From: Chromatiales bacterium
GTDB taxonomy: Bacteria; Pseudomonadota; Gammaproteobacteria; JAGRCI01
NCBI GenBank assembly: GCA_020445565.1
Contig: JAGRGI010000021.1
Span: forward strand, 4,089-68,088
Length of the DNA: 64,000 nucleotides
Reading direction: 5' to 3'
Numbering within the stretch: position 1 is the stretch's first letter; each line of letters starts with the position of its first letter. A program made the translations under genes and the position numbers. Below are positions 59,901 to 64,000 of the stretch, in pieces. The notes beneath the pieces were generated by a model, which was given only the letters and a program-made list of their open reading frames with translations, was not told the origin of the DNA and ran no database searches.

Positions 59901-62866
59901 AGGCCGGAAATGAGTCCTCTCCCTCGAACTATGGCTATCTCAACACCGATCTGCTCTTGCCCGTGCAAAGCTTGCATGTGGAACGCATCAACGGTTCGGC
60001 GCCGTCGCTTTCCTGGCAGCACAACGGCAACCATCTGGCCGGCTACAACCTGTATCTGGGCAACCCCGGTCAACGTATAAAGCTCAACGATGCGCCCTAC
60101 GCACCATCGCAGTGGACGGACCTGGGGTACTCCGGCGGAGAGCGCCGCTACACCATCGAAGCAGTAGACGCCAACGGCGAAGCCAGTCCGGCACGCAGCC
60201 TGCTGCTACCCGAGCTTGTCGTAACCGCCCACGCGGATCAAACCGTCCGCCGCGGCTTGATGAACCAAAGGCTCTATAGGGTAGAAAACCGCGGCGCCTA
60301 CGCCGTGCAGGGAATTCACCTAGAACTGATGCTCGCCGACCGCATCCATCGCTCAGAAATCTTCTCCCTGCTCGCCGGGGAGACAGCGGACATCCCCCTG
60401 ACCATCGGCGGTTACCCTGAATTGCCAGACACCGCGGCGGCCCAACGCAGTGTCGTAGTCGAACCGGAACAAGGTCTGAAAGTGACGCTCACCCGCGCGG
60501 AGACCGTCGACGTGCGCGACGGCGGTCTGGGAATCGAACTACAGGCTCAGAACCTGCTGCGCGGTGCCATCGGGCAGGCCAGCTTCGTGATTGAAAATTT
60601 TGGCAACGCGGAGCTTCAGGTGGTCCTCGCCCGCAACAACGGTGCGAACGACAGTAACGACGTCAGCCTGCGACTGCTGGACGATGAATCCAACCCGCTG
60701 ACTGTCCAAGCAATTCGCCTCGCGTTGGGCGACGCAATCACCACCGACGCCAATGGCATCAGCAGTGCGCGAATCGCCCCCGGCCAGCGCTACCGCTCAC
60801 CGTGGATCGATTTCCCCATTCCCGCGGCCGCACCACAGTCCGTCGAATTACGGCTAGACATAACACGGGTTCACCACGAATTAGGCACCGAACGCGCGGT
60901 CACTCTCTCCGGAGGCACCACCCGCATCCCGCTGAATCTTGTCGACACGGAATACCGCGGCCATCTCGATACCGCCACACCGGAAGTCTCCTTCGGCGAA
61001 CTGCCCATCGTACTCACCGGCCGAGCCTTGCGCCGCACGGACGATGCGCCCATGGCCTATGTTCCACTGACACTGATATTGGAACGGGGAGGACTGGAAG
61101 AACGCATCCAGATCGAAACCGATGCGGCCGGGCGATTCTCGCACCGCTACACCCCGAATCCGGCCGCCTACGGACGCTACCGGGTCTCAGTACTACATCC
61201 GGACCTGACCGAACGGCCGGAGCATGGCGCCTTCGTCCTGCAACATCTGGACATTCAACCCAGGGGCATCGATGTCGACATACCCCGTCACGATCAGCGC
61301 CAACTACCTATCACCCTGGTGGCCGGCGAAGGTACGGAATTGGCCCAGGTGCATCTCGCACTTCGGGCAGAAGACCAAGCCGGCCAAACGCTGCCAGCCG
61401 GCATCGAATTCAACGCCGCTCCCGCCACCCCCATGGCCTCCGGGCAGCGCCTGACCCTGCGACCCACCCTGGTCGCGGACGACACCGCGCCCGAAGCGGG
61501 CACATTGATACTGGCAGTGCTCGATGGTCAGGCCCCCCTGGGCGCCATCACGGTGAACTACCATTTCGGCGAAGCCCTGCCAAGGCTCAGCGCCACGCCA
61601 CTATCCCTGGAACTGGGCCTGACGGGTGACGAGCAACGGATCGAAACGGTTCGATTCAGCAACACCGGCCTTGCCACCCTCGAAGGGCTGACCTTGGAAC
61701 TGCGCCATGCCGACGGCAGCCCCGCCCCGGCATGGACGGGGCTTACCGTGCCCGCGCAAAGCGGCAATCTGGCCGTCGGCGAGAGCCGCGAAGTGGGCGT
61801 GCGAATCCAGCCGGCCGGACTCGTCCCCAGTGGCCAGTACGTCCTGCGCCTGCGGGCTGAGGGCGCCAATCACCCGCCATTGGAAATCCCGCTCACCGTG
61901 AGGATCTCGGAGTCCGGTCGCGGCGATCTGGAATTCAAACTGGCCGATATGTATACCGGCCTGCGCGATCCCGACACCAAAGAGATCCACCAAGGTTTGG
62001 CGGGTGCGGAGATCGAAATACGTCACGACACCCTCACCGGCGAAGTACACCGCAAACTCAGCGATTCACTTGGAGAAGCACGCTTCGAAAACTTACCCGC
62101 CGGTCGCTACCACTACCGGGTCAGCGCCCCTCGCCACCTCGACGCTACCGGTTTGCTGCGGGTGCAAGCCGAACTTCTCACCCAACAGCCCCTGTTCCTG
62201 GACTACCGCCTGGTCAGCGTCGAATGGCAGGTTCGGGAGATCGTGCTGGAAGACCGCTACGACCTGGTGCTCAACCTGGACTTCGAGGCCGATCTACCCG
62301 CCGCCGTGGTCGTAGTCGAACCCAGCAGCGTTCCCCTGCCCCTAATGCGTGCCGGCGAATCCTTCCAGGGAGAACTGAAGATCACCAATCACGGACTGGT
62401 CCGTGCGGACGAGCTGGAACTGGCCCCGCCGCCGGACAGCGACCTGCTGCGTTTCGAGTTCGGCCCCCTGCCCGACACCCTCGGCGCCAAGCAGAGCCTG
62501 ACCATCCCCTACCGCATCACTGCCTTGCAGGACTTCGAGCCGGATGGAGAGGCAACTGGTGCGGGCTGCTATACCGAGCGGCCTTGTAGCGAGCTGCGAT
62601 GCAGCTACGTGTGTGCCAACGGAGATCGACGCCCGCTGGCGACGCCCATGTGCTGGGTACGCACCATCGGTACCTGTTCCGGCGGCGCGACGGCAAGCGG
62701 TGGCGATACTATTCAATGGGGCCACGTCAGCGGCGATGCCTACACGCCGCCCTGGGTCAGCCCACCGGGCGATGGCCAGGCGGAATCCGAGCCCGATCCG
62801 CTGCCAGCCTGCCGCGTGGTGGGCAAGATCTGCGAGAAGACCGGCGACAGCGGCGGCTTGTTTTAA
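53930..62866 (+). CDS. Giant surface protein (2978 aa): three ~340-aa Gly-rich beta-helix-like repeats, Ig-like and ~10 FN3 domains, CARDB-like and CarboxypepD_reg-like domains, Cys-rich C-terminus
   Basis: Each repeat recurs with GASHGG(R/I)GG, RGGG(A/K)I(H/K)L, GG(G)ASGGS(I/V)WI and GGG(G/A/S)GGR(I/V)A(L/V/I)(E/Y)(Y/F). The FN3 signatures include FRIYRSS...YVAVVAVDELGN, YDLYRAG...YYYRVVAYNSLG and YRYYRAA...VTAVDKAGNES. CARDB-like motifs include VENRGAYAVQGIHLEL. The C-terminal Cys cluster is CYTERPCSELRCSYVCANG...CWVRTIGTCSGG... Confidence 0.85.
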   Translation: MELSKRALDLHHIPRLVTFLASLTAALSKITSIALMGLYSAVAQPPNYEPIVISEDREILISDLSFDGKIVHVVNGAILTLQGEHYFRELHLLNGGRLTHQDANDLEGPTPIVHADYLVVDVNSRIDVSGKGMISIEDPSGPDAYTDPYVGASHGGRGGPSSVRNSDPTYGDYRKPRTVGHSSNLYERGGGAIHLQIEDLVVDGEISADGATPSWGGASGGSIWIQCNRLSGTGTIHANGSKKTYGSGSGGGGGRIALEYRVLDNFNISTQVQSYGGNRRSSPYVSGSAGTVYVRNVESAHGELRIDNTPRGIDSIPFELAGNVDDVVVVGNALLAIPEHTYLYGIRGTKSGGILNLVGDLETFEDRLHVDGYTLQMHGGTRFWSEVLISNGGILTHSPAKSSDDPGLELHAGYLEIDQNSAIRLDGMGSEGDVTQRTGASHGGRGGAESSNSSPAVYGDHLQPNTHGQGITTNSSQRGGGKLHLVVDDLLLDGTISANGEAGLYRWPSGGGGASGGSIWIEAGTIAGIGKIYANGGSSYDYRDTEYPTGGGAGGRIAVYFDNAQDNFLLNHIFAMGGYGYRGGQQGGAGSVYYRENSAEFGTIKADNGGIASMAPLELHGQINARLILNYAWVRLTEDTHLRGIIGGNKGSLTTFGKLTLDSDNLLVDNYYLELQGIVDQFREIVLVNGGALGHRIALAQSGPGLTLVADRVEIDETSRINVSGKGLRESYGTVVEGSAGASHGGIGGAANGVESNIPYGNDHSPITFGQGASDTYARRGGGAIKLVAEEVIVDGKIIANGNNGAYTYGETPGGGASGGSVWIQTDKISGTGYISANGGYGDGPTKPAGGGSGGRVAIYYRDATTFNIKDNIQVTGGAGRFDGLAGSDGSIYLENTSELLKISNVSPNYVVNAPVVGISITFNRSFNQQGAIDQYIQIGAPNGEEVLYSVVFPKEEEVVLQPPQPLAHPGTYIVSVSPGITTPAGTPMDQDGDTIPGEPTDDHYVFTFTIDAGPPGTVTPAVAAIADGSKATLDWTSYDQAANGGDIQSFRIYRSSQTFTNPTSTTLVEELSAGTTSYQLSGLQPGVPTYVAVVAVDELGNALDEVSPVVVITQDQIPPGAISNPQSISGLGSIHFQWNPPTENAADLASYRVRTDAGELIATLSSGQTEHLINGLAPGSVRVVRVSAVDHSGNESVATRMEAVTWLPNPSAVQASPGNGSAEVQWQPVAPAQWISSYRVYVSQTPFDNVSGMTQFTPFTSSPATLSGLTNEVDHYVAIVTENTSGGFNPEVSSVRVRPSTDLIAPQIDDARFDTQPISAGQNFTHSGLLSVTASDNKAVVRVEAWLGENPVGITQSSDAQGRWSIPLSLDGLSDGPALLRLSAFDIVGNSASVEFPISIALAPPNPPILSAPATGTVTADASIQVQGLAAQGAEVRLLVNELTTTPWLALGTNGQFTASVPLTSGDNRITARVRNRAGESLPSAAIIIERDDSRPGAPLSLVADPGEAGTVQLRWVAPADGTAVGYDLYRAGSPFANVTDAIRVNANRITENRFDDLPVEDGIYYYRVVAYNSLGTPSEPSNAVSATADGTLPTVTTVAFTSAGAPYDSAGMRYGAGKIDVNIELSEPLEAPPYLNLALDGFGVIPIAAVASDPTHYLGKIDSLPQGLTGTASLQFSGRDLVGNRGSAILAPAQIQVDTRGPRGTSLTLIPASPIRNYEDAPVTVSIDLILDEAPASGTTPQLGYNLFPGSNDPLGEIPLLPISATHWQGELTLPGSAGKDTPQILGFSLLVQDDLGNQGTELANSGGWQIYQDELPPLDTPQGFSAKALPAGKVELRWNAVEGALAYQLYRQSAAGSADAFQRVEGELTLIDQPGNDGPWSYSVASIRSANGQESTSAQSPAITVQVDSQAPDAPQQFSVLLHPAGIVGQWQTPAATDIDHYRYYRAAEQTGPGVNADLVLDQIVVQQAVDSRPDPTKPVYFVTAVDKAGNESSPSNYGYLNTDLLLPVQSLHVERINGSAPSLSWQHNGNHLAGYNLYLGNPGQRIKLNDAPYAPSQWTDLGYSGGERRYTIEAVDANGEASPARSLLLPELVVTAHADQTVRRGLMNQRLYRVENRGAYAVQGIHLELMLADRIHRSEIFSLLAGETADIPLTIGGYPELPDTAAAQRSVVVEPEQGLKVTLTRAETVDVRDGGLGIELQAQNLLRGAIGQASFVIENFGNAELQVVLARNNGANDSNDVSLRLLDDESNPLTVQAIRLALGDAITTDANGISSARIAPGQRYRSPWIDFPIPAAAPQSVELRLDITRVHHELGTERAVTLSGGTTRIPLNLVDTEYRGHLDTATPEVSFGELPIVLTGRALRRTDDAPMAYVPLTLILERGGLEERIQIETDAAGRFSHRYTPNPAAYGRYRVSVLHPDLTERPEHGAFVLQHLDIQPRGIDVDIPRHDQRQLPITLVAGEGTELAQVHLALRAEDQAGQTLPAGIEFNAAPATPMASGQRLTLRPTLVADDTAPEAGTLILAVLDGQAPLGAITVNYHFGEALPRLSATPLSLELGLTGDEQRIETVRFSNTGLATLEGLTLELRHADGSPAPAWTGLTVPAQSGNLAVGESREVGVRIQPAGLVPSGQYVLRLRAEGANHPPLEIPLTVRISESGRGDLEFKLADMYTGLRDPDTKEIHQGLAGAEIEIRHDTLTGEVHRKLSDSLGEARFENLPAGRYHYRVSAPRHLDATGLLRVQAELLTQQPLFLDYRLVSVEWQVREIVLEDRYDLVLNLDFEADLPAAVVVVEPSSVPLPLMRAGESFQGELKITNHGLVRADELELAPPPDSDLLRFEFGPLPDTLGAKQSLTIPYRITALQDFEPDGEATGAGCYTERPCSELRCSYVCANGDRRPLATPMCWVRTIGTCSGGATASGGDTIQWGHVSGDAYTPPWVSPPGDGQAESEPDPLPACRVVGKICEKTGDSGGLF

Positions 62867-62890
62867 CGGACCCCAGAAAGAGAAAAAACC

Positions 62891-64000
62891 ATGGACACGA
62901 AGCGTTTGCACGTTCTGTTGCTGATCGTGCTGTTGACCCCCTGCTGGGCCTGGGCTGGCCTCACCGACGGCGGCCCCGACCACCGCCACGGCCTCTACCA
63001 CCATGCCGAGACCGATCTGAGCCTCCCCTACTTCGGCGCCCAGATCCGCGTCACCCGCCAGTGGAACGCCGACCACTGGGACTTCAACCGCAATTGGGAC
63101 GACCTGATCCTCGAAGGTCCAGCCGATGAACCGGAGCGCATTCTGCGCGCCGGCGAATACGTCTACGAGCGGCGCGGCTTCGCCAGCGACAACCGCCCCC
63201 TGTACCGCGCCGTCGACAGCCCCGGCAAGAAGCTCTATGCCACCGATAGCGGCTGGCGCTGGGAGGACCTGCAAGGCCAGTGGATCGATTACGACCCCCA
63301 GGGCCGCCTGCTGCGCTTTGGTGACCGCAACGACAACCGCCTGCGGGCCGAGCGCAACGAGCAAGGCCGGATCGGCAGTCTGCACGACGCCAGCGACCAG
63401 ATCTGGCTCAGCCTTGCCTACGATACCGGCGGCCATCTCATCGAAGCCACCGACCGCCACGGCCGCAGCGTCGCCTATCACTGGCAGGGCGCCGACCTCA
63501 CCGGCGTCACCGATGCCCGCGGGCAGGATTGGGCCTACGGCTATGTCACCTTGCTGGAAAAACGCTATCTGGCCAGCCTGACCAACCCCTTGGGCGAGAG
63601 CCTGAGCCTGGACTACGTGGAACTGCCCGGCGGCCTGCAAACGATCTGCGGCACCGGCGAGCCCAGCGGTCATTGGATCGTCGAGGAAGTGGAAGACCCG
63701 GAAACCGGTGAGCTGGTGCAACGCGAGCGCTATGTGCTCGACGAGGTGGAAGGCCGTTCCGACTGCATCACCTACACCGCCCCACCGAGCGTGCAAATGA
63801 TCAAGATGCGCTGGTCCGACGGCCCGTACCGCAGCCTGCGCTATTACTATCAGGACACCGAGCGGCGCTACATCCTCATCGAGCGCAGCAGCGACGGCGC
63901 CGAACGTGAGCGCTGGTATGACCTGCGCGGGCGCGTGGTGCGCGACGTGCGCGCCGGTCAGACCGTCAGCCAGCAGCGTATCGCCAGCGACGCCATGCGC
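62891..64000 (+). CDS. RHS / YD-repeat protein with Sec (possibly lipoprotein) signal; runs off the window
   Basis: My own translation from ATG 62891 is MDTKRLHVLLLIVLLTPCWAWAG.... The YD repeats are YDPQGRLLRFGDRNDNRL..., AYDTGGHLIEATDRHGRSVAYHW and TDARGQDWAYGY. It is not in the ORF track because no stop lies in the window. Confidence 0.8.
   Translation, partial: MDTKRLHVLLLIVLLTPCWAWAGLTDGGPDHRHGLYHHAETDLSLPYFGAQIRVTRQWNADHWDFNRNWDDLILEGPADEPERILRAGEYVYERRGFASDNRPLYRAVDSPGKKLYATDSGWRWEDLQGQWIDYDPQGRLLRFGDRNDNRLRAERNEQGRIGSLHDASDQIWLSLAYDTGGHLIEATDRHGRSVAYHWQGADLTGVTDARGQDWAYGYVTLLEKRYLASLTNPLGESLSLDYVELPGGLQTICGTGEPSGHWIVEEVEDPETGELVQRERYVLDEVEGRSDCITYTAPPSVQMIKMRWSDGPYRSLRYYYQDTERRYILIERSSDGAERERWYDLRGRVVRDVRAGQTVSQQRIASDAMR

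Overview
This is a GC-rich (~65%), gammaproteobacteria-like chromosomal segment; no organism can be assigned from sequence alone. The GC difference is an estimate by eye, and no tRNA, rRNA or CRISPR was found.

**Gene content, in order:**
- 1-2.3 kb: a truncated E. coli-type fadE and its upstream TetR regulator, both on the minus strand.
- 2337-8407: an intact 6.07-kb Tn3-family transposon with Tn21/Tn501-like 38-bp terminal inverted repeats and a 5-bp AAGAT target duplication.
  - It carries tnpA, a decayed MNT/HEPN (mntA/hepT) toxin-antitoxin pair, the tnpR resolvase, and a cargo gene fusing a MerR DNA-binding domain to a SAM methyltransferase.
- 8.7-10.2 kb: an RRM RNA-binding protein, a CspA cold-shock protein and a small secreted Gly/Tyr/Met-rich low-complexity protein.
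- 10.7-19.2 kb: a periplasmic binding protein with a sensor kinase, a fatty-acid hydroxylase with a YVTN beta-propeller, a FIST sensor protein with a hybrid PAS kinase, and a minimal IPTL-CTERM ORF.
- 19.2-28.7 kb: a flagellar and chemotaxis block, with TonB-flgFEDCB-cheR-cheV on the minus strand diverging from flgA-flgM-flgN-ycgR on the plus strand. sigma54-like and sigma28-like promoters are recognisable.
- 28.7-31.9 kb: a DUF2064 / GT2 glycosyltransferase / ArsS-like radical SAM Cys-rich triad with a divergent methyltransferase.
- 32-49 kb:
  - an MCP and an IPTL-CTERM surface protein;
  - an NrtA/CmpA-type ABC transporter;
  - tsaB, a DinG/YoaA helicase and a small unknown ORF;
  - a cytochrome c peroxidase and cysS;
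  - a 1269-aa protein with two cyclase domains, a STAND ATPase and TPR repeats.

**Most unusual region (49.3-64 kb):** an apparent four-gene operon sits behind an AT-rich boundary in a lower-GC stretch.
- A 1245-aa secreted protein carries EF-hand/TSP3-like calcium loops.
- A secreted transglutaminase-like cysteine protease has an intact Cys-His-Asp core.
- A 2978-aa giant surface protein has three Gly-rich beta-helix-like repeats, about 10 FN3 domains, CARDB-like domains and a Cys-rich C-terminus.
- A Sec-signal RHS/YD-repeat protein begins the next gene and runs off the window.
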